A stretch of DNA of 36,000 nucleotides from a virus (taxonomy: Duplodnaviria > Caudoviricetes): positions 1 to 36,000 of the IMG/VR virus record IMGVR_UViG_3300020045_010480; one strand, written 5' to 3'. A model generated the notes under the pieces. It saw nothing but the letters and a program-made list of their open reading frames with translations, was not told the DNA's origin and did not search any database. Both the position numbers and the translations under genes were made by a program. The stretch's first letter is position 1. Every line of letters begins with the position of its first letter. Positions 17,857 to 27,126 of this stretch are shown in pieces.

Positions 17857-17931
17857 GGTCAACTAGCTCAGTCGGGTAGAGCGGCTCTTAGCAATTTGGG
17901 CAGGTCGTGGGTTCAAATCCCATTTTGATCA
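17857..17931 (+). tRNA. Atypical tRNA or pseudo-tRNA, anticodon undetermined
   Basis: Canonical D-arm GCTC/GAGC and T-arm GTGGG-TTCAAAT-CCCAT; acceptor GGTCAAC/TTTGATC; anticodon stem GCTC/GGGC closes a 10-nt loop TTAGCAATTT. Confidence 0.7.
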
Positions 17932-17959
17932 CATTATTAACATTTAAAATTAAAATCTT

Positions 17960-18199
17960 ATGATACACGGACACAGAATTGGTTTAGTAGGAATAGGTTT
18001 TAATCACTATTATTATCCTTTTGCAACTAGCTTTAGATTAGTTATAAAAGAAAGAGATTTACCTAATAAAAATTTATTCAAGTCTTTTAGTAAATTATCT
18101 TGGCAAGATAAATTAGATTTTGAAAAAGCTTTAAAACAAAAACAAAGTAAAAGAACTAATTTATTAATCATTAAATCTATTATTTATGGCAGACATTAA
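17960..18199 (+). CDS. Hypothetical protein
   Basis: 79 aa, TTAAAATTAAA leader. Confidence 0.55.
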   Translation: MIHGHRIGLVGIGFNHYYYPFATSFRLVIKERDLPNKNLFKSFSKLSWQDKLDFEKALKQKQSKRTNLLIIKSIIYGRH

Positions 18200-18386
18200 A
18201 ATTTCACATCTTCTTTATGATACAGCTCAAGCAGTACAAGCTATTGCAAAAGACTCTGGTATTAACTTAAACTTTACTGACATCTATAAAGAGGAAAATC
18301 TTGAAGGATTAGCTTTAATTGGTGGTTTACTTAGACAACAAGCAGAAAAAGCTTCAGGAGAAAAAATAGGAGTATTAAACGAATAA
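18186..18386 (+). CDS. Hypothetical protein
   Basis: 66-aa ORF. Confidence 0.6.
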   Translation: MADIKISHLLYDTAQAVQAIAKDSGINLNFTDIYKEENLEGLALIGGLLRQQAEKASGEKIGVLNE

Positions 18387-18416
18387 CAAACAACTAAAAA
18401 AACAAACCAAAACACT

Positions 18417-18854
18417 ATGCAAACCAAATTAACTCCATTAGACCAATTATTAGTAGCACTAATGATTGCTGGGCCTTGTCAAGGTGGCTTTTTCCATGAA
18501 GATGACAGAAGTGTTATGGAACTTAGATATGATATCAAAAATCCTAAAACTAAATATTTTAGTGATATTGTAGATACTAAAAGAAATCCTAGTACTGAAA
18601 TTTATAAGTCAGATAATATTGTCATTACAATTAAACAAGATACAATTCTTGGTAGTGATTTAAAAATTATTGCTGATATTGAAATTTTCGGTTATTCTTC
18701 TAACATTATTATTGATGATATCCGTAAAGATTTATTAATGGCTAATACCATTGTAAAAATGATAGGCGTATTATCTGAAACTGACGATAAAGAATATGAC
18801 AAAGTATGTGATGCTTATCATGTAGCTTGGCATTTTCCTCATGTAAATTGTTAA
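18417..18854 (+). CDS. Hypothetical protein
   Basis: 145-aa ORF with A-rich leader. Confidence 0.7.
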   Translation: MQTKLTPLDQLLVALMIAGPCQGGFFHEDDRSVMELRYDIKNPKTKYFSDIVDTKRNPSTEIYKSDNIVITIKQDTILGSDLKIIADIEIFGYSSNIIIDDIRKDLLMANTIVKMIGVLSETDDKEYDKVCDAYHVAWHFPHVNC

Positions 18855-18860
18855 AAAATT

Positions 18861-19270
18861 AAGTATAAGAGAGTGGACCATGAGCGTTAGCCACATAACC
18901 TAAAACAAAGCCTAGTAGCTCTTGGAGCACTTATGAACTTTGGGTCTAGAATTAACTGCTGCTGTAATGGTAGAGGCTGACTTATATTTATGTAATTAAA
19001 ACGTTATGCATCACAACTCATGTAGAAATGAAGACTTTTAAAATAATGAAATAATTTTGCTTATCGATGAGCAAAAATAAAGTAACTAATTTAAATGCGA
19101 AACTACCTAACCGATTCAAATGCGACAGGAGTAGATAACCTTACCGCAATTTATCTACATTGGTTAGCTCCCAAGGATGAGCAGTTGTAATAAACCAAAG
19201 ACTGAAATACATAGGTTGGTAGAAATGAAATGTTAAATAGTCATCCTTATCTACTATTACAACTGAATGC
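18861..19270. ncRNA. Structured intergenic region, probably two RNA elements (about 18861-18989 and 19100-19266)
   Basis: AAGTATAAG/CTTATATTT closing stem; GTAGATAA/TTATCTAC hairpin; crossing pairs AAGGATGA/TCATCCTT and CAGTTGTAATA/TATTACAACTG. Confidence 0.45.
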
Positions 19271-19310
19271 AAAGGGAATTAAACAAATTATTAACTTAAA
19301 ATTAAAAACA

Positions 19311-19433
19311 ATGAAAAAAATCTTCGTATTAGCTATTTTAGCTACAGTAATTTTATCTAGTTGTTCTATGTATAAAACTAGATATCGTCCTTTAAAAGAT
19401 CCAATGTGGTGTTCAACTAAACACTTGAAATAA
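19311..19433 (+). CDS. 40-aa lipoprotein (ATG 19311 preferred)
   Basis: MKKIFVLAILATVILSSC lipobox directly after TTAAAATTAAA. Confidence 0.65.
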   Translation: MKKIFVLAILATVILSSCSMYKTRYRPLKDPMWCSTKHLK

Positions 19434-19687
19434 TGTTAAAAAATATTATTATAATTGCTTTATTTATATTTTCTTTTGTTACTTGTAAAGATAACAATAA
19501 ACTTGTAGATAAATTAACTATCGCTAATAAAGCTATGGAAGTAACTAAACTTCCAGAATATGAAGTTGCTGTTGATTTACCAGAAGAATATATGAATATC
19601 AATCATGATAAATTCCATGCTGACAAACTAGTAGGATACATAGATAACGATACATTACACATATTTTTTGATAACAAACAACAATGA
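19433..19687 (+). CDS. Secreted or lipoprotein hypothetical
   Basis: Signal peptide ending VTC; TAATG overlap. Confidence 0.65.
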   Translation: MLKNIIIIALFIFSFVTCKDNNKLVDKLTIANKAMEVTKLPEYEVAVDLPEEYMNINHDKFHADKLVGYIDNDTLHIFFDNKQQ

Positions 19688-19911
19688 AATTCATATTTAA
19701 CATTATCGAACCATTTTTATCAATATTCTTATATATAATATTTTTTATATTAGTTTTATTGATGGCAACACTTGCCAATACAATTCATTTTGTTTGGCAT
19801 TTAAAAACAATACCTTATAGTAGAACATCAGTATTCAATTGGACATCTGTTTCAGATTATTTTGAAGAATTATTTTTTACTAGTATGTGTATTAACCTTT
19901 TCAGAGATTAA
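19684..19911 (+). CDS. Membrane hypothetical protein
   Basis: Long hydrophobic segment. Confidence 0.55.
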   Translation: MKFIFNIIEPFLSIFLYIIFFILVLLMATLANTIHFVWHLKTIPYSRTSVFNWTSVSDYFEELFFTSMCINLFRD

Positions 19912-20281
19912 TATTGATTTGCCGTTGTAATTCATATTTAGTCATAAAGTTTAGTCTTATGATAGTAAGAAAACCTTTATGATTTAAAAATTAAAACTTA
20001 ATCATTATGAAAATTATATTATTAATCATATTTGTATTATTTATTGGAAGCTTAATATACCTCTCTAAACGTCATACCGAAAAGTTTCTTCAAAGAAGAA
20101 GACTAGACCGTAAACATAGAGATAACTTTAAAACCAAATACTAATATGACATCATTGCTAACGAGTAATAAAGAATGGGATGAACTAGACATCGTAATTG
20201 ATAGAATGGTTGAATCATCTCGAATTAACCAACAAACAACCAAAACCAACAAATTAATTAAATCACTTAAAATTAAAAGAC

Positions 20282-20659
20282 ATGAAAAAACTAAGCAACA
20301 TATTTAAATCTTTTGTACTATTATGTACATTAATGGTATCTTTCAGTGCTCAATCACAGAATTATACACACGATCAAAAAGTAATTTCTACCATGCCCAC
20401 TGAAACAAAATCATTTGAAATTAAAATTAAAAATGAAGGAGAAATACCTGAAGTATTTATTATTTATAAGTACATACCAGGTGACCACTTCTGGCAAAAA
20501 ATAGGCTCTGTATCAGTATTTTCAATGACTGAGGCTAAATTTTATGTTGAAAAGGGGCCTAATTATGGTTTTAACGTAGAAGGCAGAAGACCTATTAAAA
20601 TTGGTGCTGATGAAAAGAAATGGCGTGTTAAATATCATAAAGGTTACGACGAAGAATAG
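20282..20659 (+). CDS. Secreted hypothetical protein
   Basis: Signal peptide ending AQS-Q, typical of Bacteroidota. Confidence 0.7.
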   Translation: MKKLSNIFKSFVLLCTLMVSFSAQSQNYTHDQKVISTMPTETKSFEIKIKNEGEIPEVFIIYKYIPGDHFWQKIGSVSVFSMTEAKFYVEKGPNYGFNVEGRRPIKIGADEKKWRVKYHKGYDEE

Positions 20660-20673
20660 TTAAAATATTGTAA

Positions 20674-20746
20674 GAATAAGTAGCTCAGTTGGTAGAGCTG
20701 CCGCATTTTAAGCGGTAGGCCGGGGGTTCGAGTCCCTTCTTATTCT
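20674..20746 (+). tRNA. tRNA-Lys(UUU), A32, no encoded CCA
   Basis: GAATAAG/CTTATTC acceptor, GCTC/GAGC D-arm, GCCGC-ATTTTAA-GCGGT anticodon arm, GGGGG-TTCGAGT-CCCTT T-arm. Confidence 0.85.
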
Positions 20747-20781
20747 TACTTTAAAAATTCATTTAAAATTAAACAAACAAC

Positions 20782-21633
20782 ATGACAATTAACTACATTC
20801 AAGACCCAAAAACAAAGGTAATCGCACAAAAAAGTATTAATGATACTTTTGGCTTATTCGAAAAATTAGAACCAGGATACTACACAACTAGTAATATTGG
20901 ATCCAATTTTGAAACTATTATTGGTTACAATAAAGTTAAGCAATTAGATAACCTTATCCATTTCTCTTCAGGCGTTATAAAAGATACTATTAATAGTATT
21001 GATATCTTTTTAAATAAAGATACTTCAGCCAAATACAACAAATTAAAAGTAGGACACAAATTAGGTATTATTCTTCATGGGCCTCCAGGAACTGGTAAAA
21101 CATCAACTGTTGCCTTATTATGTAACGAGTTAATAAAAAATCATAATGCTATTGCTATAAATTTTACAGGCAATAGTCTTGGTTGGATTAAAATGGTAAT
21201 TAAAAGTTTAAGAACTTTTCAAGATAATCCTATAGTTGCATTTGTTGACGAATTTGAATGTGAAGTAGGAAACTATGACGAGGCAAATGAATCAGGATAT
21301 TTAACTTTTCTTGATGGCAGCGACTCATTTAATAATCTTATTTTTGTTGCTTGTACTAACAAGTTAGATGAAATACCGGATAGAATTAAATTTAGAAAAT
21401 CACGCATTAAACATCTTGTTGAAATTAAATCATTTCCTATCGAAGTTTACAAAGAATTTATTCTTGATAAAGTTCCTGATATGAATAGTGAATTAGTTGC
21501 AGAATTATCTTACAAAGCTGAAGAACATGGATTAACTCTTGATAACCTTAAACATGTTATTATAGATTATATTATAGAAGAAGTCTCTTTTGATGATTCT
21601 ATAAAATCTTTAGTGCCTTTAGTTAAAAAATAA
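20782..21633 (+). CDS. AAA+ ATPase
   Basis: Walker A GPPGTGKT, Walker B AFVDE, sensor-1 ACTN, RKSRI arginine finger region. Confidence 0.9.
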   Translation: MTINYIQDPKTKVIAQKSINDTFGLFEKLEPGYYTTSNIGSNFETIIGYNKVKQLDNLIHFSSGVIKDTINSIDIFLNKDTSAKYNKLKVGHKLGIILHGPPGTGKTSTVALLCNELIKNHNAIAINFTGNSLGWIKMVIKSLRTFQDNPIVAFVDEFECEVGNYDEANESGYLTFLDGSDSFNNLIFVACTNKLDEIPDRIKFRKSRIKHLVEIKSFPIEVYKEFILDKVPDMNSELVAELSYKAEEHGLTLDNLKHVIIDYIIEEVSFDDSIKSLVPLVKK

Positions 21634-21664
21634 GATTATCTTAAATAAGATAAAAAAAAATAAA

Positions 21665-21768
21665 GACGTGCTTCCTCTAACTGGGAAGACCACCCTATGA
21701 ATAGGTGCTAGAGATAGCTGACACGGGGAGTGTTGTGTAATTTGGGTTCGAGTCCCTGCGTACGTCCA
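21665..21768 (+). ncRNA. tRNA-like RNA with two extra hairpins
   Basis: GACGTGC/GTACGTC terminal stem followed by CA; T-loop GGG-TTCGAGT-CCC; four internal hairpins. Confidence 0.6.
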
Positions 21769-21798
21769 CGTTGTTTAGTGTAGTTGAGTTGTTTGTTA

Positions 21799-21834
21799 GA
21801 AGGGCGCTTGATTGGTTTGGGCGCCCTTTATTTA
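21799..21834 (+). terminator. Intrinsic terminator
   Basis: AAGGGCGCTT..GGGCGCCCTT inverted repeat followed by TATTT. Confidence 0.75.
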
Positions 21835-21987
21835 TAAATTATTAATTAAAATTAAAATGAAAATTCAAGAAATTGTAATTACACGAGATAAAAAAGTAAT
21901 CCTTAAAACAAACAAGGATGGTAAAGAATCTTTCTTTATCAAAAACAAAGGTGAAAAAGAAAGAAGATTAGTTAAAGTTATCAAATA

Positions 21988-22430
21988 ATGAAAAAGATAT
22001 TATATTTCATAGCAGTTCAAGTATTATTACTTCTAGCTGTTTACATTTTCATATCTTTTTGTGTTTGGAACACGGCTTGGTTTATTAGTCTTGGCAGCTA
22101 TGACGCATTTTTAAGAAGTATGATAGGATTTTTATACATCTGTGGTGCTTTATTATTATTTAATGAATCAAATAACTTCTACAATAAAAAATTTAAATAA
22201 TGAAAAAATTATATGCAGTTTTAATATTTATTGGTATTATATTAGGTATTATTTATATACCTTATTATTTCGCAATTCTCTTAAGCAAATTTTTTCTAAT
22301 TAAATTACATGGTTCAATTGATACTTGGCTTGTTGGTGCTGCTATGACAGCTACTTTAATTGTTGTAGTTTTCATATCAGGCTTATCTATTACTTCAATT
22401 TATCAAGGTTTAAAATCAAATAAAAAATGA
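21988..22430 (+). CDS. Two adjacent two-TM small membrane proteins (21988-22200, 22200-22430)
   Basis: MKK starts, two hydrophobic helices each, TAATG coupling. Confidence 0.65.
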
Positions 22431-22972
22431 GAAAAATATTTTCCTTAGTGATTATCATTGTAGCAATGGTATCATGTCAAAAGAAATCTGTAGAGCCCAT
22501 TAGTGCTCCAGTAGCTAATGTTGCAATGACATTAACTGATTCAACAGAAGCTGAATTATTAAACAGTAGCTTTACAATTGTATTCGATAAATTATTTGGC
22601 AACGAAAACGCTGTATCAGGTTACTCTGTTACTAGTAATCGTAGAATGTACGATACATGGAGCATTGATGCTAATGGTAGTTGTACTGTTACACCATATT
22701 TTTATGATTGTCCTTCAACTTATACTTATAGTGCATCTAATTTTCCTTATACACCTATATTGTATGTGGCTCCTGTTGTATTTCATATAGCTATACATGG
22801 AGATACTATAGATTTACCTAGTAATAATCCATTATCATGGAGAAGAGTTGGCGGATCATCATTAGGTATAATTAGTGTTTTATACAAAAGAAATGACCCT
22901 TCTGGTATAGGTAGTAGGTCTTTTCAATTAAATGATTCTGTTAGTAATTTTAATCTCTACTCTATTAAATGA
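22427..22972 (+). CDS. Lipoprotein
   Basis: MRKIFSLVIIIVAMVS-C-QKK lipobox. Confidence 0.75.
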   Translation: MRKIFSLVIIIVAMVSCQKKSVEPISAPVANVAMTLTDSTEAELLNSSFTIVFDKLFGNENAVSGYSVTSNRRMYDTWSIDANGSCTVTPYFYDCPSTYTYSASNFPYTPILYVAPVVFHIAIHGDTIDLPSNNPLSWRRVGGSSLGIISVLYKRNDPSGIGSRSFQLNDSVSNFNLYSIK

Positions 22973-23187
22973 AAAAATTATACAAAAGATCTATAGGTAT
23001 ATTAATATTATTTTTAGTATCTAACTTAATAGTTTCACCTATGGTGCATTTTAATAGTTATACTGTTAAACCTTGGGATTATTCTATAATATGTTCATTA
23101 ATAGGAACTTCTATACTAACCGTAGGAATTTTATTGTTTTTTGGACTTTATAAAATAATACTATGGGCATTTGATTTAAGATATTAG
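22969..23187 (+). CDS. Two-TM membrane protein
   Basis: Two hydrophobic helices, ATGA overlap. Confidence 0.6.
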   Translation: MKKLYKRSIGILILFLVSNLIVSPMVHFNSYTVKPWDYSIICSLIGTSILTVGILLFFGLYKIILWAFDLRY

Positions 23188-23306
23188 CCTTCAATGAATA
23201 AATGCATTGATGTGAGATAGTAAGTACCAGCGCCTAAACTGGAATACTGCTATCTCTAGCTATAAATAAAATAACAAACAATTAAACCAAACTTAAAATT
23301 AAAAAC

Positions 23307-23786
23307 ATGAAAATAACAATTTTATTGGTGTTATTAACTCTAGGAGTTATTGCACAACCGAACAAACCAGTTTATGAATTCTTTGATGGTACAGTAGTAG
23401 CTTTTGCTAATGTTAACAAAGACTTTACTACAACAAAGAAAGATACTGCTGTTGGACAAGTAAGACAAATCACTCTTGCTACTGACCATACATTATTTCA
23501 GATTAGTTGGCAAATGAATGAATCTACAGACACATTATTTCATATGGAATATTATGTAGAAAAGATTTATCCTTCTGTAACTTATAATGAAACTACTAAG
23601 AAAGGTAATAATAGGTACATTAACTATTTAGCTTTTGATAAAGAGTATTATCCAATGTTACTTATGGTTGCAGAAGACAATAGTCATGGTTATTTATACT
23701 ATTATTGGGATTCTGCTAGTAAACAATTTAAAAAATCTGAAAAAATAGTATTTGCTCCTATTAAAACAAATGAAGAGGGTTCATGA
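23307..23786 (+). CDS. Secreted beta-rich protein
   Basis: Signal peptide ending VIA-Q. Confidence 0.7.
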   Translation: MKITILLVLLTLGVIAQPNKPVYEFFDGTVVAFANVNKDFTTTKKDTAVGQVRQITLATDHTLFQISWQMNESTDTLFHMEYYVEKIYPSVTYNETTKKGNNRYINYLAFDKEYYPMLLMVAEDNSHGYLYYYWDSASKQFKKSEKIVFAPIKTNEEGS

Positions 23787-24021
23787 GAACGTTGAACTCT
23801 TTAATTTACTAACTGAAAATGGCTTCGAGTTTATGAGAAATTGGTTTTATATCAGTTCTGAAGGCTCGAAGTCAGATTTTAGTCTAGTAGATGTATTTAT
23901 GAGAATTGACTATAAACAGAAGTTCTTAAAAGTATTAGGAGACGAACAAGGCATTTATCAAATTAATGGTTCTATTTGTATCATAAAAGGTATGGTAGGA
24001 TTTGTACTATTTAAAAATTAA
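23752..24021 (+). CDS. Hypothetical protein (start probably ATG 23770)
   Basis: Fills the gap on the coding strand. Confidence 0.5.
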   Translation: MLLLKQMKRVHENVELFNLLTENGFEFMRNWFYISSEGSKSDFSLVDVFMRIDYKQKFLKVLGDEQGIYQINGSICIIKGMVGFVLFKN

Positions 24022-24044
24022 CAAACAATTTAAAATTAAACCAA

Positions 24045-24353
24045 ATGAGAAAATTAACTATCAAAGCAATCAACTTAACAAATAATACAATTGAAGATTT
24101 AGTATCTGAAAGCTGTACTATTTTGGATCCTAAAACTACTGATAAAACTAGAACTGGTGGTAAACACTTAGAACAAGTTATGGTAGTTTCTTTTTCACAA
24201 GTTAAAGAAGAAGCTAATAAATTACGTGGTGTAAGAAATTTCATGTTAACAAGGGAAAAATTACACCGTTTAGAGAATGGTGAGACAGTTTCTTGGGAAA
24301 ATGGATTATTACTTAAAAGTATTGTATTAGAAGAAATCGCTAAAACTAAATAA
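24045..24353 (+). CDS. Hypothetical protein
   Basis: 102 aa, TTAAAATTAAA leader. Confidence 0.7.
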   Translation: MRKLTIKAINLTNNTIEDLVSESCTILDPKTTDKTRTGGKHLEQVMVVSFSQVKEEANKLRGVRNFMLTREKLHRLENGETVSWENGLLLKSIVLEEIAKTK

Positions 24354-24354
24354 A

Positions 24355-24726
24355 ATGAAGAAAATATTATTGATGATGCTATTAAGCTTTTTATTTAAAG
24401 CTAATGCACAGGTGACTGTAACAGGAGAAAACAAAACTGATGAAAGATTTAATATACGTGTTGTTGTAAAAAACGATACTATACTTTCTAAAGATAAATG
24501 TAAACGTGGATACGTAATAAAACTGAACTATGAGCACGAATTCACATTAGTATTTTCTTCAGGTCAAAATACGCATATTGTAAAGGTTTATGCCTCTGAT
24601 AGAGAACTATGGTTTAATATTGACATAGATCTTACAACTAATAACGATCAAACTATGGTATGGGATCCAAATCAAGGAAAATATCTCATATTAGATAAAA
24701 TAGGCGCTGATGCCGTAACAAACTAA
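24355..24726 (+). CDS. Secreted protein
   Basis: Signal peptide ending ANA-Q. Confidence 0.7.
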   Translation: MKKILLMMLLSFLFKANAQVTVTGENKTDERFNIRVVVKNDTILSKDKCKRGYVIKLNYEHEFTLVFSSGQNTHIVKVYASDRELWFNIDIDLTTNNDQTMVWDPNQGKYLILDKIGADAVTN

Positions 24727-24737
24727 AACTTAAACAA

Positions 24738-25076
24738 ATGAAAAAATTATTCAGCTTAATAGCTTTTATTGCAATTACTATGTTCTTTGCATCTTGTAGT
24801 ACACCAAACATTAAAACTAAAACTGACAGCCCTGATATTCCAGCTTTAGTTCAAAGTAATGCCGAACAAACTGCTGCTCTATGTAAGGATACTGTATCTA
24901 ATTTTGTTATGTACCAAGTAGATGATAAATCTTATACTTATCAATACAATGTTGCTAATAAAAAAACAGAATTTTTAAATCAAATAAAAAGAGAAGATGA
25001 AGCAGGTGGTTTTATATTTCTTGGTGTATTATTGTCTTTAGTATTTGGATTAATAATGGGAGCAATATTCAATTAA
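24738..25076 (+). CDS. Lipoprotein with C-terminal TM helix
   Basis: FFAS-C lipobox and hydrophobic C-terminus. Confidence 0.7.
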   Translation: MKKLFSLIAFIAITMFFASCSTPNIKTKTDSPDIPALVQSNAEQTAALCKDTVSNFVMYQVDDKSYTYQYNVANKKTEFLNQIKREDEAGGFIFLGVLLSLVFGLIMGAIFN

Positions 25077-25088
25077 ATTAAATTAATT

Positions 25089-25118
25089 AGGCTATGATTA
25101 AGTTCATAGCCTTTATTT
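25089..25118 (+). terminator. Probable intrinsic terminator
   Basis: AGGCTATGA-TTAAGT-TCATAGCCT hairpin followed by TTATTT. Confidence 0.6.
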
Positions 25119-25461
25119 AAAAATACCTATGAAACCTATAGAAAAACAAAAAACTAAATCTTTCATAGAAAGGTTAAAAGACTCGGTTAAACATCATACT
25201 AAGATTAAACCACCAGAAATTAAACATAAAGAACCTGAAGAAGAGCACGAATCTCTTAAATCTGTAGTTCCTAATTATCCAATATTTATTTAACATGTAC
25301 CACGTAGACGTAAAAACTTTGACTGATACAACAAGATTGTTGGATCGTATTGCCAAGCAAGATACTTTTTTTAACAAAGACAAGGATGCGGCAAAAAACA
25401 AAAAAGAAGCTATCAAACTTTCTAAAAGAATTAAAGATAATTATACTAAAATTTCAACTAA

Positions 25462-25698
25462 ATGAACGTTATAGTATTAGCAACTGATATTGACCATAAT
25501 ATTCCTGATAGTGAATTCAAAGAGGCTATTGCTGAAACTAGCAGTAGAATCAGATATGGTGGTCAAGATTTTCTTAAAGAACTAAAAGAATTACATGCTA
25601 AGTATGAAATTCCTTCAGCTAAAGTTCATTTTATTAATAATAAAAAGATAGCTGAAAAAATTATTGAAAGAGAATATTCAGCATCACAAGTACATTAA
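25462..25698 (+). CDS. Hypothetical protein
   Basis: 78-aa ORF. Confidence 0.6.
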   Translation: MNVIVLATDIDHNIPDSEFKEAIAETSSRIRYGGQDFLKELKELHAKYEIPSAKVHFINNKKIAEKIIEREYSASQVH

Positions 25699-25970
25699 TG
25701 ACTGTACCTAGATTAAAAACAAATAACAATTATTTTATGAAAAAATCAAGTAAATTTTGGTTAATTGTATGTTTAGTATTATTAATTATTTTTAATATTA
25801 TAGTTTGGACTAATGATGAATATTATACTTTTGGTAAAGGTACTGATGGACAAGATTTATTTTTTGTTTATACTATGATATTTAATTTTTTTACTTCAAT
25901 ACCAATTATTGCTTATTTAGTAATTAAACTTAATAGTTGGCTAGATAGACCTAGAAAACATGAAGAATAA
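25698..25970 (+). CDS. Two-TM membrane protein
   Basis: Two hydrophobic helices; start may be the internal MKK. Confidence 0.6.
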   Translation: MTVPRLKTNNNYFMKKSSKFWLIVCLVLLIIFNIIVWTNDEYYTFGKGTDGQDLFFVYTMIFNFFTSIPIIAYLVIKLNSWLDRPRKHEE

Positions 25971-26144
25971 AAGAATATTAACAACATCAGTATTATTAGT
26001 GACATTAGGTACTTTAGTCACACACGAATTACCTGTAAAACAAGTTGATAAACCTGTTTATAATTCACAACCAGTTGACTTTACTGGTGTTCAAAAGAAA
26101 AAAGTAAGAAAAAATAATACCAAACACAAATAAAACAATTAACT

Positions 26145-26315
26145 ATGAAGCAACAAATTAAACGGCAAGAAAGTGCTAAATCACGTCTTGTTAAACAATT
26201 AGCTAGTGGAGTTAAAACTACTAAAGAAGGTCAAAAACCTTTAACAGATTCTGACAAGGAAAGAATGAAATCTGAAATCGCTACTTTAGAAATTAAAATT
26301 CAAAAAGGTAAATAA
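26145..26315 (+). CDS. 56-aa basic protein not in the track (MKQQIKRQESAK...)
   Basis: Manual translation; stop 1 nt before next ATG. Confidence 0.6.
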   Translation: MKQQIKRQESAKSRLVKQLASGVKTTKEGQKPLTDSDKERMKSEIATLEIKIQKGK

Positions 26316-26316
26316 C

Positions 26317-26631
26317 ATGAACAATAAAAAATCAACTTTAGGTCGTAATTATGGTTTTAAACCAGTAACTACTTTAATCGGTGCAAATATTGTTGCTAAA
26401 CCTTTAACAAAAACATTGGCTAAACATTTATCAACTAATCCTGCTGAAAAAAGATTAGCATTTGTTCCGTTTGAAAGAAGCGAGAAACAAGGTACAGCTG
26501 AACAAGCTTTTGACCAACAAAACTTTCAAAATAATATTGATAAAGAATTAGCTAAATATCCTGCAAATGATGTTGAAGCTGTTTATTCTTACACAAATTC
26601 TTCTAAAAAGATTTTTGTAAATACTTTATAA
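26317..26631 (+). CDS. Hypothetical protein
   Basis: 104-aa ORF upstream of tmRNA. Confidence 0.7.
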   Translation: MNNKKSTLGRNYGFKPVTTLIGANIVAKPLTKTLAKHLSTNPAEKRLAFVPFERSEKQGTAEQAFDQQNFQNNIDKELAKYPANDVEAVYSYTNSSKKIFVNTL

Positions 26632-26695
26632 TTTCGATTATACGTTTAAAGCAGTGATGCTTATGAAAAGGGATACGTTAAAGCCCTTCATTATG

Positions 26696-27103
26696 GGGGG
26701 TGATTTGGCACTTGACTATTTTACCAAATTATGAGATGCACGTCGTGAGATGATTTCTATCACGTTAATCTATGTTTTCAAGTCTTAACTGACACTGTTG
26801 TAATAACCAACGAAGTAGGAAGTATCGCTGATGCACCTGCTGTTGTAAAACGCAAATCAGCAAAAGTCATTCAATTGGCACCTGTTTCTAAACCAGGAAG
26901 ATTAGCTTTAGCTGCTTAGGCACTAAAATAATATTAGAAAACCTATTATAATTCTAATTAAGGGTAATACATTAATAAGAATTGAATTGGTGACGTTACA
27001 TGCAAATGTCAATAGTCTGTGCTGGACGATAACTAGTACTAAACGTTGTAGATCCTTATAAGGCGGGGACTGTAAGACACGGGTTCGAATCCCGTCACCT
27101 CCA
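26696..27103 (+). ncRNA. ssrA: tmRNA
   Basis: Acceptor GGGGGTG/CACCTCC-A with G3:U70, 5' GG..TTGAC motif, T-arm ACGGG-TTCGAAT-CCCGT, TAACT-G resume context, tag frame ending LALAA-TAG. Confidence 0.93.
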
Positions 27104-27126
27104 CTGTTAACAAGGGATTCTAAGAG

